From a bacterium UBP2_UBA2255 (lineage in GTDB: Bacteria > Edwardsbacteria > AC1 > EtOH8): a stretch of 64,000 nucleotides of DNA. Under the pieces are notes generated by a model, which ran no database searches, had not been told where the DNA came from, and saw nothing but the letters and a program-made list of their open reading frames with translations. The translations under genes were made by a program, and so were the position numbers. The stretch is taken from NCBI GenBank assembly GCA_002347565.1, contig DDXR01000076.1, forward strand, positions 42,006 through 106,005, given 5' to 3'. Positions 9,631 through 18,682 of the stretch are shown here, piece after piece (within the stretch, counting starts at the first letter, position 1; each line of letters opens with the position of its first letter).

Positions 9631-10200
9631 TCAGAACCGGAACCCCAGGCCCAGGGTCACGCTCAGGTTCCGCAGGTCTCCCATCTCGCCCTTGTCGGCG
9701 ATGGCGAACAGGCTGCGGGCGACCCGCAGGTCGGCCGACAGGAAGCCCGCCACCTCGGCGCCGCCGCCCAGGATCCAGCGGCAGTCGACGGGGCTGAACC
9801 CCTCGATGGCTGCGGTGTCGCCGCCGGCGCTGATCCGGTCGCGCAGCTTGACGCCCAGGTCGGCCCCGCCCTGCAGGAAGCCGGTCACCGGCCCGTCCTG
9901 CCCCGCCAGGTGCAGCCGCAGCAGCGCCGGCACCCGCAGGTAGTCCATGCCGATGTCGTAGCGGACGGCCGAATCCGCGAATGCCATCCGGTGCCGCTCG
10001 AACAGCAGCTCGAACTGGAAGCCGGCGGACGGCACCACCTCGGCATAGTAGACCAGCCCCAGGGTCAGGCCCGAGCCCATGGTGGTGCTGATCTCCGGGG
10101 CGGTGATGGCCGTGTAGTTGACCCCGGCCCGCGCCCCAATCCCGGCGTGGGCGGTCGTCGCGGCCAACATTATCAGGATTGCAGCGATGCCCGATTTCAC
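9631..10200 (-). CDS. outer-membrane beta-barrel protein (OmpA-like porin family)
   Basis: Signal peptide MKSGIAAILIMLAATTAHA. Alternating amphipathic strands. C-terminal GLGFRF ending in Phe. Confidence 0.6.
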   Translation of the reverse strand: MKSGIAAILIMLAATTAHAGIGARAGVNYTAITAPEISTTMGSGLTLGLVYYAEVVPSAGFQFELLFERHRMAFADSAVRYDIGMDYLRVPALLRLHLAGQDGPVTGFLQGGADLGVKLRDRISAGGDTAAIEGFSPVDCRWILGGGAEVAGFLSADLRVARSLFAIADKGEMGDLRNLSVTLGLGFRF

Positions 10201-10263
10201 ATTAACACACCACTATACAGTATCGATTCTTCGCGTCTTGGCGCCTTCGTGTGAAAAGATTGG

Positions 10264-10839
10264 TCACTTCGGCAGGTTGAACTTGATCTCAGGCGACTTC
10301 TTCTCGACCTCGGCCACCTGGTACATGTCACGGGGCTGGTAGCCCATCATGTTGGCCACGAACAGGTCTGGGATCTGGCGGATCCTGGTGTTGAACACAG
10401 CCACCGACTCATTGTAGAACTCGCGCCGGTCGGCCAGGTCATTCTCCAGCCCGCTGACCCTCGACTGCAGATGGACGAAGGTCTGGTCGGCCTTGAGCTG
10501 GGGATAGTTCTCGGCCACCGCGAACAGGGTCTTGAGGGCGCCGGTCAGCTCGCCGCCGGCGGCCGCCTGCTGGCCCGGCGTCTTGGCGTCGAGGAAATGG
10601 GTGCGGGCGGCGGTGACCCTCTCCAGCGTCTCCCGCTCGTACTGCATGTACCCCTCGCAGATCTTGACCAGCTTGGGGATCTCGTCGAAGCGCTGCTTCT
10701 CCAGCACCTCGATGTTCCCCCAGGCCTTGTCGATGTTGACCTTGATCTGGACCAGCTGGTTGTAGATGCCGATGAAGTAAAGAATGGCCGCGATCACCAG
10801 CACCAGGAAGCCGATCAGGATCATCGTGCCCAGGACCAT
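10264..10839 (-). CDS. LemA family protein
   Basis: N-terminal TM, then NQLVQIKVNIDKAWGNIEVLEKQRFDEIPKLVKI...YERETLERVTAARTH, a strong LemA signature. Confidence 0.9.
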   Translation of the reverse strand: MVLGTMILIGFLVLVIAAILYFIGIYNQLVQIKVNIDKAWGNIEVLEKQRFDEIPKLVKICEGYMQYERETLERVTAARTHFLDAKTPGQQAAAGGELTGALKTLFAVAENYPQLKADQTFVHLQSRVSGLENDLADRREFYNESVAVFNTRIRQIPDLFVANMMGYQPRDMYQVAEVEKKSPEIKFNLPK

Positions 10840-10854
10840 GGTACCCTCCTTCTT

Positions 10855-10882
10855 GTTGGGGCGGCCGGCCGGTCGCCCTTAC
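10855..10882. repeat. 28-nt palindromic 5'-UTR element (copy 1, variant GGGCGGCCGGCCGGTCGCCC)
   Basis: Immediately upstream of the LemA RBS (AAGGAGGG). One mismatch relative to the other copies. Confidence 0.75.
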
Positions 10883-10907
10883 GGTTTGTCGGCGTATCGC
10901 CGTGCCG

Positions 10908-11897
10908 TCATCGCAGCAGCAGCGCGCCCATCCAGGCGGTCAGCCCCAGGCCCAGCAGGAACAGACCGGCGGACTGCCAGCCGTAGCGGCGCGCCAGTTC
11001 CTTCTCGCTCCTGTCCGAGATGATCATCACCTCGTTGTTCCTGTCGCGGGTGATCACAAAGTCATCGGAGGTGTCAAGCGGCGTCCCCAGCTCCTCCCGC
11101 AGCACGTCCTGCTCGACGCGCTGCCGCGCCCGCTCCCACTCGTCGGCGCTGATGGCCCCGTCGCCGTCTCGGTCGAACGCCTTGAGCTGCTCCTGGTCGG
11201 CCTTGATGGCCCGCAGCCGTTCGGCGATCTTGAAGCGGCGGTCGTCGCGGGCGTCCTTCCAGCGGGTGACGGTGCCGATGACGTAGACCGGCTCGCCCTC
11301 CACGATCCACCACTCGCTGTAGCGCATCTTGTCCCCGCCGAAGGGGCCCCAGCCGCTGCCGGGCTTGGTGCCGGTCCACTGGTAGTCGCGGCCCAGGTGG
11401 ACGTCGGCCTCCACCGGATCGACGAGGACCCGTCCGGTGTCGTCCTCGACGTAGAAGTAGTTGGTGGACGCGCCCTCGTCCACCACCGACCAGTGGCTGG
11501 ACTTGCCGCTGCGGACGTACTTCTCGATCTTGTAGCGGTAGTAGGCGCAGTCGGTCATGGTGACCGGGCTCTTCAGTCGCGCCTTGGGCCGGGCCCCGCC
11601 CTTGACCTCGACCAGCCCCATCGCCAGCGACCGGGCCTTGGAAGTGGGGATGTTCTCGATCAGCCGCTTCTCCTTCCAGACCGAAAACGCGTAGGTCAGC
11701 ACCAGCAGGCCGATCACCAGCGCCAGCGCCAGGACCAGGTAGGCGGCCGGGGACATGCCGCCCGGGCCGGCCGACCACGAAGTCCGGGAGAAGAGCATGG
11801 CCGCCGCGTATCCCGCCCCGGCGGACAGGCCCATCACCAGCCCCGACTGCCTGCGGTGGTGCCGCGCGTACAGCTGGAAGCGCTTGAGGACGTGCAT
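10908..11897 (-). CDS. membrane protein with GIDE-like domain and EF-hand motif (LemA partner)
   Basis: Two TM segments. AMGLVEVKGGARP...YYRYKIEKY...HWSVVDEG resembles a GIDE/E3-ligase-like domain commonly found next to LemA. DRDGDGAISADEWE is an EF-hand loop. Confidence 0.55.
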   Translation of the reverse strand: MHVLKRFQLYARHHRRQSGLVMGLSAGAGYAAAMLFSRTSWSAGPGGMSPAAYLVLALALVIGLLVLTYAFSVWKEKRLIENIPTSKARSLAMGLVEVKGGARPKARLKSPVTMTDCAYYRYKIEKYVRSGKSSHWSVVDEGASTNYFYVEDDTGRVLVDPVEADVHLGRDYQWTGTKPGSGWGPFGGDKMRYSEWWIVEGEPVYVIGTVTRWKDARDDRRFKIAERLRAIKADQEQLKAFDRDGDGAISADEWERARQRVEQDVLREELGTPLDTSDDFVITRDRNNEVMIISDRSEKELARRYGWQSAGLFLLGLGLTAWMGALLLR

Positions 11898-11906
11898 AAA
11901 CCTCGG

Positions 11907-11955
11907 GACCCCTCCCTGTGTCCCTCCCCTCGAGGGGAGGGACCGGGCGGGGTCA
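11907..11955. repeat. 48-nt imperfect palindromic element (copy A) containing CCCTCCCCTCGAGGGGAGGG
   Basis: GACCCCTCCCTGTGTCCCTCCCCTCGAGGGGAGGGACCGGGCGGGGTCA. Overlaps the mce stop codon. Matches the reverse complement of 12869-12916. Confidence 0.75.
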
Positions 11956-12357
11956 GTGGGCGTCCTGGCAGAGCTCCAGCAGCACGCCCCGGGTGGACTT
12001 GGGGTGGAGGAACGCGATCATGTGCCCGCCGCCGCCCAGCCGCGGCGCCTTGTCGATCAGCTGGTAGCCCTTGGCGGACAGCTCGGCCAGCGCCTGCTCG
12101 ACATCGTCCACCCGCACCGCGATGTGATGGATGCCCTCGCCCTTGGACTCGATGAACTTGGCCACGTTGCCGTCGGGCGCGGTGGTCTCCAGCAGCTCGA
12201 TCTTGCTCTCGCCGATCTTGATGAACCCCACCTTGACCTTCTGGCTCTCCACGACCTCAGTGCCCTCCAGCGCCAGGCCCAGGTCGGCGTACAGCTTGGC
12301 GGCCTCGTCGAGGCTCTTGACCGCGATCCCCACGTGGTCGATGCGTTGCGTCTGCAT
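11953..12357 (-). CDS. mce: methylmalonyl-CoA epimerase (VOC/glyoxalase fold)
   Basis: 134 aa. [14 protein letters not shown]...[11 protein letters not shown]...LELCQ is typical of mce. Confidence 0.8.
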   Translation of the reverse strand: MQTQRIDHVGIAVKSLDEAAKLYADLGLALEGTEVVESQKVKVGFIKIGESKIELLETTAPDGNVAKFIESKGEGIHHIAVRVDDVEQALAELSAKGYQLIDKAPRLGGGGHMIAFLHPKSTRGVLLELCQDAH

Positions 12358-12388
12358 GGCACTCCTCTATTGTATGATTAAATGAAAA

Positions 12389-12850
12389 TCAAACCGACAG
12401 TTTACGGTTTTTGTACCCCTCGTAGTCCGTCAGGATCCGCTCGTACTCGCCCTCCATCAGTGTCGACGAGATCATGAAGTCGGCCGAGGCCCGGTTGCAG
12501 GCGATCGGGATGTTCCACACCACCGCGATCCGCAGCAGCGCCTTGACGTCCGGGTCGTGCGGCATCGGCTGCAGCGGGTCCCAGAAGAAGATCAGGAAGT
12601 CGATCTCGCCGTCGGCGATCTTGGCGCCCACCTGCTGGTCGCCGCCCAGCGGCCCGCTCTGCAGTTTGTGGACCGGCACGCCCACGGCCTTCTCCAGCAG
12701 TGTTCCGGTGGTGCCGGTGGCGTACAGCTGGTGGCGCGACAGCGTGCCCTTGTTGTACCTCACCCATTCCAGCAAGTCGTTCTTCTTGTTGTCGTGCGCC
12801 ACCACGGCGATTCGCTTCCGGTCCGGGATCAGGACGGTCTTGGGTTCCAT
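12389..12850 (-). CDS. mgsA: methylglyoxal synthase
   Basis: IAVVAHDNKKNDLLEW...LYATGTTG...PLGGDQQVGAKIADGEIDFLIFFWDPL matches the MgsA consensus. Confidence 0.9.
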   Translation of the reverse strand: MEPKTVLIPDRKRIAVVAHDNKKNDLLEWVRYNKGTLSRHQLYATGTTGTLLEKAVGVPVHKLQSGPLGGDQQVGAKIADGEIDFLIFFWDPLQPMPHDPDVKALLRIAVVWNIPIACNRASADFMISSTLMEGEYERILTDYEGYKNRKLSV

Positions 12851-12868
12851 CAGTCCCCATGCCTTTCA

Positions 12869-12916
12869 TGACCCGCCCTTCCCTCCCCTCGAGGGGAGGG
12901 GCACAGGGAGGGGTCA
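12869..12916. repeat. 48-nt imperfect palindromic element (copy B, inverted relative to copy A)
   Basis: TGACCCGCCCTTCCCTCCCCTCGAGGGGAGGGGCACAGGGAGGGGTCA. Overlaps the stop of the YcaQ-like gene. Sits upstream of mgsA. Confidence 0.75.
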
Positions 12917-14119
12917 ACGGGAGGTTGTGAGTTGGCTTCGAACCTTTAGGGATATAGTATCCGAGAACCCCACCGTATCGCAACCGTGGAACGCCCGCCA
13001 GCGGCCCAGCGTCGCGGCCAGCGCGGCCAGGAATTCCGCATCGGGCCTGAAGCCCCGCTCGAAATGCAGCGACTGCACCCGCAGCGCCTTGCCCTGCCGG
13101 TCGGCTTTGAGGTCGATCCGGCCGACAAGGTTCTCCCGCCACAGCACCGGCAGGCAGAAGTAGCCGTACTTCCGCTTGGCCGCCGGCACGTAGCATTCCA
13201 GCGTGTAGTCGAACCCGAACAGGTGCTTGACGCGGTCGCGCAGGATGATCGAGTTGTCGAACGGCGACAGCAGCCGGACTTGGTCCTGTGCTGCCGCGGG
13301 CTCGTCGATCCCCGCCAAGTCGGAAACCAGCGCGTAGTGCGGTTTCGCGCTGCCCTCCACCCGCACCTCCTGCGCCTCGCCCGACTCGCACAGCTGCGCC
13401 ACCGCCGGCGCCAGCCTGCCGCCGACCGTGATGTGGCGGTCGATGTCCCGCTGCGTGGCCGGCCCCAGCGCGGCCAGCGCCCGCCGCGCGAAGAAGTCCT
13501 GGACCTCCGCCCTGCCCGGCGCCGCCAGGTCGAGCCCCGGCGGCAGCACCCGCTCCGTCAGGTCGTACACCCGCTCGAAGCCCCGCCGCTCGCGGATCAT
13601 CAGGTCGCCGCGGTAGTACAGCATCTCCAGCGCGGCCTTGGCCGGCTTCCAGTCCCACCACGCGCCCCGCTTCTGCGCCCTGGTGTCCTCGAAGTCGGAC
13701 GTGCCCAATGGTCCCTCGTCCCGCACCCGGGCCAGGACCTTCGCGGCCAGCCGGCCGTGCTTTTTGGTGATCTGGCGGTACCAGTCGCTGCGGCGCGGGA
13801 ACGACTCCATGTGCGGCCGGTAGAACCGGTAGTCGGCCATCGGCAGGTAGCACATGGCGTGGGCCCAGTACTCGAACACCGCCCGGTCCTGCGATTGCAA
13901 CTGGTGCAGATGATCAGGCGAGTAGCCCTGGCAGCGGGTGAACAGCGCCAGGTGGTGCGCCCGCTCGATCACGTTGATGGTGTCGATCTGGATGTAGCCC
14001 AGCGCGCCGATCGCCGCCAGCGCACCGTCCTTGCCGCTGGGGAGCTCCAGGGCCGACAGCAGCTGCTTGCGCAGGGCCAGCCGCCGGGCCTGGGGCAGGG
14101 AGATGGTCTCAGGCACCAT
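12914..14119 (-). CDS. winged-helix DNA-binding protein, YcaQ/AlkZ-like (DUF1006)
   Basis: 401 aa. GYIQIDTINVIERAHHLALFTR...FEYWAHAMCYLP matches the AlkZ-like DNA-glycosylase/YcaQ family pattern. Confidence 0.65.
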   Translation of the reverse strand: MVPETISLPQARRLALRKQLLSALELPSGKDGALAAIGALGYIQIDTINVIERAHHLALFTRCQGYSPDHLHQLQSQDRAVFEYWAHAMCYLPMADYRFYRPHMESFPRRSDWYRQITKKHGRLAAKVLARVRDEGPLGTSDFEDTRAQKRGAWWDWKPAKAALEMLYYRGDLMIRERRGFERVYDLTERVLPPGLDLAAPGRAEVQDFFARRALAALGPATQRDIDRHITVGGRLAPAVAQLCESGEAQEVRVEGSAKPHYALVSDLAGIDEPAAAQDQVRLLSPFDNSIILRDRVKHLFGFDYTLECYVPAAKRKYGYFCLPVLWRENLVGRIDLKADRQGKALRVQSLHFERGFRPDAEFLAALAATLGRWRAFHGCDTVGFSDTISLKVRSQLTTSR

Positions 14120-15215
14120 GTGTGCTGTTCGTTTCTACGTGCCGCTGGTGCAGCGTCTGCAGCCATTCCCGGTTCTGCCACAGGGCGCAGCCGCCGGCGG
14201 TCTCGGTCAGCGTTCCGTGCTGCTCGCGGATGGCCCGCAGCAGATCCGACCGCAGCGCCTCGGTCAGCGACATCGTCGCCAGGTCCGCGTCGCCGTAGGG
14301 CGCGAACGGGCAGGGCTCGAGCATCCCCTCGGGGCTGACGTGGACGAACCCGCGGCCCGCGGCCAGGCAGCCGCCGTACTGCTCCTCGTCCCCGGGAAAG
14401 ACGATGAACAGGCCCGCATGGCCGCGCTGCATCCGTTTAGCGAACCCGATCAGGTCGCGCCGCTGCCCCGCGCTGAGCACCATCGCCTCGCTGCCGGCGC
14501 TGACCGGCACGTACTCGACGAAGAAGAAGACGCCGCTGCCCCGGTCCGCCAGTTCCGCGATGAACGCTGGATCGGTTACCGTCGCGTGGTTTTCCGAGGT
14601 GACGGTCAGCGAGCAGCCGGCCAGGATGCCGTTGCGGGAAAGATCGGACAGCGACCGCAGCAGCCGCTGGTGGACGCCGCCGCCCCGCCGCAGGTCGGTC
14701 TGCTCGGGCGTGCCCTCCAGGCTGATCACCGGGACCACGTGGCGCTGGCGCTTCAGCTCCGAGATCACTGCCCCGTCCACCAGCAGGCCGTTGGTGAACA
14801 GCGGGAAGACGATGCCCGGGTGCCGCGCGGTCAGATCGAAGAGCTCGCGGCGCAGCAGCGGCTCGCCCCCCGCTATCATCACGATCGAAACGCCGAGACC
14901 GGCGGCCTCGTCCAGCAGCACGCCCAGACGTCCGATATCGAGCAGGCGCGCGTCCGGCCGGTGACGCTCGCGGGCATAACAGCCGGCGCAGTTGAGGTTG
15001 CACTGGTGGGTGACGCTGACGACCAGCAGCGGCGGGACGTGGGTCCCTCGCCGCTCCCAGGTCCGCCGCCGCCGCGCCGCGCTGCGTTGCGACAGCGCCG
15101 TCCGCGCCAGGAACGGCAGCCAGCGGGGATGGCGCAGCCCCAGGCGCAGTGCCGCGGTGAACAGGGCTGCGATATTCCGATTGAAGCGGGCGATGTAGTT
15201 TTGCTGCGTGGCCAT
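14109..15215 (-). CDS. radical SAM (SPASM-like) protein
   Basis: VTHQCNLNCAGCYA cluster motif. C-terminal Cys-rich region (GGCLAAG...EPCPFAPYG...GGCALW). Confidence 0.8.
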   Translation of the reverse strand: MATQQNYIARFNRNIAALFTAALRLGLRHPRWLPFLARTALSQRSAARRRRTWERRGTHVPPLLVVSVTHQCNLNCAGCYARERHRPDARLLDIGRLGVLLDEAAGLGVSIVMIAGGEPLLRRELFDLTARHPGIVFPLFTNGLLVDGAVISELKRQRHVVPVISLEGTPEQTDLRRGGGVHQRLLRSLSDLSRNGILAGCSLTVTSENHATVTDPAFIAELADRGSGVFFFVEYVPVSAGSEAMVLSAGQRRDLIGFAKRMQRGHAGLFIVFPGDEEQYGGCLAAGRGFVHVSPEGMLEPCPFAPYGDADLATMSLTEALRSDLLRAIREQHGTLTETAGGCALWQNREWLQTLHQRHVETNSTHGA

Positions 15216-15216
15216 C

Positions 15217-17007
15217 TTACCGGCTGGCCGCGACGTACGCGTCCACCCGGCGCTCGGCCAGTTCCAGCGGCAGGGTGCCGTTCTCCAGCAGTATCCGGTG
15301 GAACTCCCGCAGGTCGAATTTCGGGCCCAGCTTTTTCCTGGCCCCGTCGCGCAGCTCGAGGATCTTCATCATTCCCACGTAGTAGGAGCAGGCCTGGCCC
15401 GGCCACATGATGTAGCGGTCGACCTCGCCCTCGGCGGCCCAGCCCAGGTTGTCCCGCATGTAGGCCATGGCCTGCCCCCGGGTCCAGCGCTTGGAATGGA
15501 TGCCGGTGTCCACCACCAGCCGCACCGCCCGGAACAGCAGTGAATTGCGGTTGGCGATGCGCGAGGGGACGTCCGAGAACCAGCCGCGCTCGTAGGCCAG
15601 CTGCTCGCTGTACATCGCCCAGCCCTCGCCGAAACCCGTGAAGAACAGCAGGTTCTTGAACATCCGGTTCTCGCGGCGCTCCTGGGCGATGGCGATCTGG
15701 AAATGGTGCCCCGGCACCGCCTCGTGGTAGGCCAGCGTGGCCATGCCGGGCTTGTTGGGGATGAACCCCCCGAGGTTGACGTAGAAAACGCCGGGCCGCA
15801 GGCCGTCCAGCGAGGCCGGCTCGTAGTAGGTGCCCGACGTGGCCTCCTTGTGGGGCGGCACCGCCTGGGCGTTGACCCTGGTCGCGGGGACCTGGGCGAA
15901 GACGTCCGGCAGGCGCGGCCAGGTCTCGTCGATGATCCGCTGGTAGTCGGCGACCACCCGTTTCCTCGTCTCCGGCCCCTCGGGATAGGTGTACTCGGCG
16001 CGATGGGCGTCGCCGGAGATGTAGCCCCAGTAGGCCTGGATCCATGAGGAGAACACCGGACCGCCCGACAGCCCCAGTTCCCTCATCAGCCCCTTGATCT
16101 CGCCCTGCAGCCACTCGACCTCACGCCGGCCCAGCCGGTGGACCTGGTCGGGCGACAGGTTCGTGGTGGTGTGGTTCTTCAGGCACCAGCGGTAGTAGGC
16201 GTCGCCCTGGGGCAGGTGCCAGGCGCCGGCCGTGGAGTCGGCCTTGGCGCGACTGGCGCGCACCGCGGCGATGAAGCGGCCGTAGGCCGGGTAGAGCTCG
16301 CGGTCGATGATGTCGCGCGCCGTGCGGTACATCGCGGCCTTCTCGTCCTTGCCGACGCCCGGCAGCGGCTCGACCCTGGCCCGGAACGACGCCAGCAGCA
16401 CGCAGCTGTCGGCGGGCGCCGCGGCGAACTGGGACATCACCGCGTCGACCTTGTCGCAGATGAACGCCGGCGGCCGGATGCCCCGCCGCTCCTGCAGGGC
16501 CAGCCGCTCCCTGGTCTGGTCGACGCGCTGCGGCGCCTTCTTCAGCCGGGCCAGCCAGTCCAGGGCGTCCTGCCGGTCGCTGATGGTGTGGTACTCGGTC
16601 AGCAGGTTGGTCAGGGCGCTGTGCACGCCGTACATCTGGTTGATCACCGGGGCGTGGTCGCGGAACCGCTCGCCCCGCAGGGCGTGGTCCAGGAACCAGG
16701 ACAGTATCTCGGCGTCCTGCTGCTGGGAGGGCGTCAGGCGCCGGGTGGCGGCGCGCCTCAGCTGGTCGCGGTAGCGATGGTAGTACCGGTAGGTGCGGTC
16801 GACCAGCCGCTCGGACCCGTCGGTCAGGTCCGACTTCCGGTACGGGTAGCCCATCGCCGGGGTCAGGCCGAACTGCGACGCGTCGTCGGGGTTCATCGCG
16901 ATCCACTCGCGGAAGAAGTTGTCGAACAGCGAGTCGACCTCGGCGGCTGCGGCGCTGCCGGGCACGGCCAGCAGGACGGCCAGGGCCGTCAGCAGTATTC
17001 CCTTCAT
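15217..17007 (-). CDS. DUF885 family secreted protein (putative metallopeptidase-like)
   Basis: Signal peptide. Conserved YHEAVPGHHFQ motif and overall DUF885 pattern. Confidence 0.8.
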   Translation of the reverse strand: MKGILLTALAVLLAVPGSAAAAEVDSLFDNFFREWIAMNPDDASQFGLTPAMGYPYRKSDLTDGSERLVDRTYRYYHRYRDQLRRAATRRLTPSQQQDAEILSWFLDHALRGERFRDHAPVINQMYGVHSALTNLLTEYHTISDRQDALDWLARLKKAPQRVDQTRERLALQERRGIRPPAFICDKVDAVMSQFAAAPADSCVLLASFRARVEPLPGVGKDEKAAMYRTARDIIDRELYPAYGRFIAAVRASRAKADSTAGAWHLPQGDAYYRWCLKNHTTTNLSPDQVHRLGRREVEWLQGEIKGLMRELGLSGGPVFSSWIQAYWGYISGDAHRAEYTYPEGPETRKRVVADYQRIIDETWPRLPDVFAQVPATRVNAQAVPPHKEATSGTYYEPASLDGLRPGVFYVNLGGFIPNKPGMATLAYHEAVPGHHFQIAIAQERRENRMFKNLLFFTGFGEGWAMYSEQLAYERGWFSDVPSRIANRNSLLFRAVRLVVDTGIHSKRWTRGQAMAYMRDNLGWAAEGEVDRYIMWPGQACSYYVGMMKILELRDGARKKLGPKFDLREFHRILLENGTLPLELAERRVDAYVAASR

Positions 17008-17023
17008 GGACGCCTCCTTTCGT

Positions 17024-17707
17024 TCACCGGAACGTCAGCTCACTGACGCAGGTGTCGTCGTATTTCGTCCCCGGATAGACGTCGGCGATCTCCAGGCGCA
17101 GGATGACCGCCGGTGCGATGGCGAATTCCGCCGCCCCCTCGCGGCGCCGGGCGATCTCATCCCCGAGGTCGGCCTCGAACCGGGCCCGCGCCCGGACGGC
17201 ATCCTCCCGCACCGCGTCCCAGTCGAACGGGAACGGAAGGGACTGGGGCGCCGCCGTGTCGTTCAGCCCGATGACCGGCCGTCGCGGGAATGGCCGGCAA
17301 TGGTACAGCGTGGCTACCTCGGTGACATCCCCCGGCAGGTTGAAGGCGTGCAGCAGCGTCGCGGTGAACTTCTTCACCCGCCCGTTCCCGGCGAACGTCG
17401 TCCGGCTCTTGGCGTACCCGTTGACCGCCGATAGCGTTGTCGGACGACCGTCGAGCAGGATATGGATCCGCTCGCCGAGGCCGCGGCCCGCGGCCCCCTC
17501 GGCCCAGCAGGTGGCCGGGTCGCCGTCGCCCAGGTTGCGGGCGGCGTAGCGCGACGGCTGCTCCGCGAAGGGATCGTCGCCCCCCAGGGTCGAGGACGCG
17601 GTGAAAATGTGGACCATCATCAGCGAATCCCACCCCGGCTGGTCCTGGGCCCCGGCCGGCCCGGCCAGGGCCAGGAGCATTCCCATCAACGGCAGCAGCG
17701 TTCTCAT
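17024..17707 (-). CDS. secreted protein with discoidin-like (F5/8-type-C-like) motif
   Basis: Start trimmed to MRTLLPLMGMLLALAGPAGA (signal peptide). The upstream extension is Arg/Gly-rich junk. NLGDGDPATCWAEG motif. Confidence 0.5.
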   Translation of the reverse strand: MRTLLPLMGMLLALAGPAGAQDQPGWDSLMMVHIFTASSTLGGDDPFAEQPSRYAARNLGDGDPATCWAEGAAGRGLGERIHILLDGRPTTLSAVNGYAKSRTTFAGNGRVKKFTATLLHAFNLPGDVTEVATLYHCRPFPRRPVIGLNDTAAPQSLPFPFDWDAVREDAVRARARFEADLGDEIARRREGAAEFAIAPAVILRLEIADVYPGTKYDDTCVSELTFR

Positions 17708-17718
17708 CGGCGCCTCCG

Positions 17719-18666
17719 TCACTCGATCCCCAGTTCCAGCAGCACGGCGGCGGCCACGGTGTGCGGATCGGTCTTGCGCTGGTACAGGTCCACCAGGTTC
17801 TCCCTGGCCTCCAGGTCGTTGGTCAGCTTGGCCTGGGCCCACTCGCCCAGCCGGCCGGTGATGATGGCCCGCACCTGCTGGCGCAGGCGCTGCTCGCGTT
17901 TGCTCTCCCGCCGGCCGTTCCGGCCCAGCCAGGCCCGGTGCCGTTCGACGGCGTCCGCCAGCCCGTCGACCCCGGTGCCGTCCCGCGCCACCAGCTGAAC
18001 GATGGGCGGCAGCCAGGTCGTTTCGTCCATCTCGCGCACCGACAGCAGCTGCTCGATCTCGATCACGCACTTCTCCACGCCCTCGCGGTCGGCCTTGTTG
18101 ACCGCGAAGATGTCGGCGATCTCCATGGTGCCGGCCTTCAGCACCTGGACGTCGTCGCCCAGCCCCGGCACCGTCACCAGCATGGTGGTGTCGACCTGCG
18201 CCGCGACCTCGACCTCGCTCTGGCCGATGCCGACCGTCTCGAAGATCACGCGGTCGTAACCGGCGGCGTCCAGCACCGTCGCGGCGTCGGCAGCGGCCGC
18301 GGCCAGACCGCCCAGGTGGCCGCGGCTGCCCATCGAGCGGATGAACACGCCGGGGTCGGTGGCGTGCTTCTGCATCCGCACCCGGTCGCCCAGGATCGCC
18401 CCGCCCGAGAACGGACTGGAGGGGTCGACCGCGATCACGCCGACGCGCAGCCCCTGCCCGCGGTAGTGGGCGATCAGCCGGTCGACCAAGGTGGACTTGC
18501 CGCCGCCCGGCGGGCCGGTGATGCCCAGCAGGTAGGCCGCTCCGGCGCGGGGGAACAGCGCCCGCAGCAGCGGCACCGCGGCCGGGTCGCCGTTCTCGAC
18601 CAGCGAGATGGCGCGGGCGATGGCGCGGATGTCCCCCCGGCCGACGGCATCGATCAAGTCATTCAT
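17719..18666 (-). CDS. meaB: methylmalonyl-CoA mutase-associated GTPase MeaB/ArgK
   Basis: P-loop GITGPPGGGKST. ETVGIGQSE. NKAD G4 motif. Confidence 0.9.
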   Translation of the reverse strand: MNDLIDAVGRGDIRAIARAISLVENGDPAAVPLLRALFPRAGAAYLLGITGPPGGGKSTLVDRLIAHYRGQGLRVGVIAVDPSSPFSGGAILGDRVRMQKHATDPGVFIRSMGSRGHLGGLAAAAADAATVLDAAGYDRVIFETVGIGQSEVEVAAQVDTTMLVTVPGLGDDVQVLKAGTMEIADIFAVNKADREGVEKCVIEIEQLLSVREMDETTWLPPIVQLVARDGTGVDGLADAVERHRAWLGRNGRRESKREQRLRQQVRAIITGRLGEWAQAKLTNDLEARENLVDLYQRKTDPHTVAAAVLLELGIE

Positions 18667-18682
18667 GATGGCTGGAGTCCGT

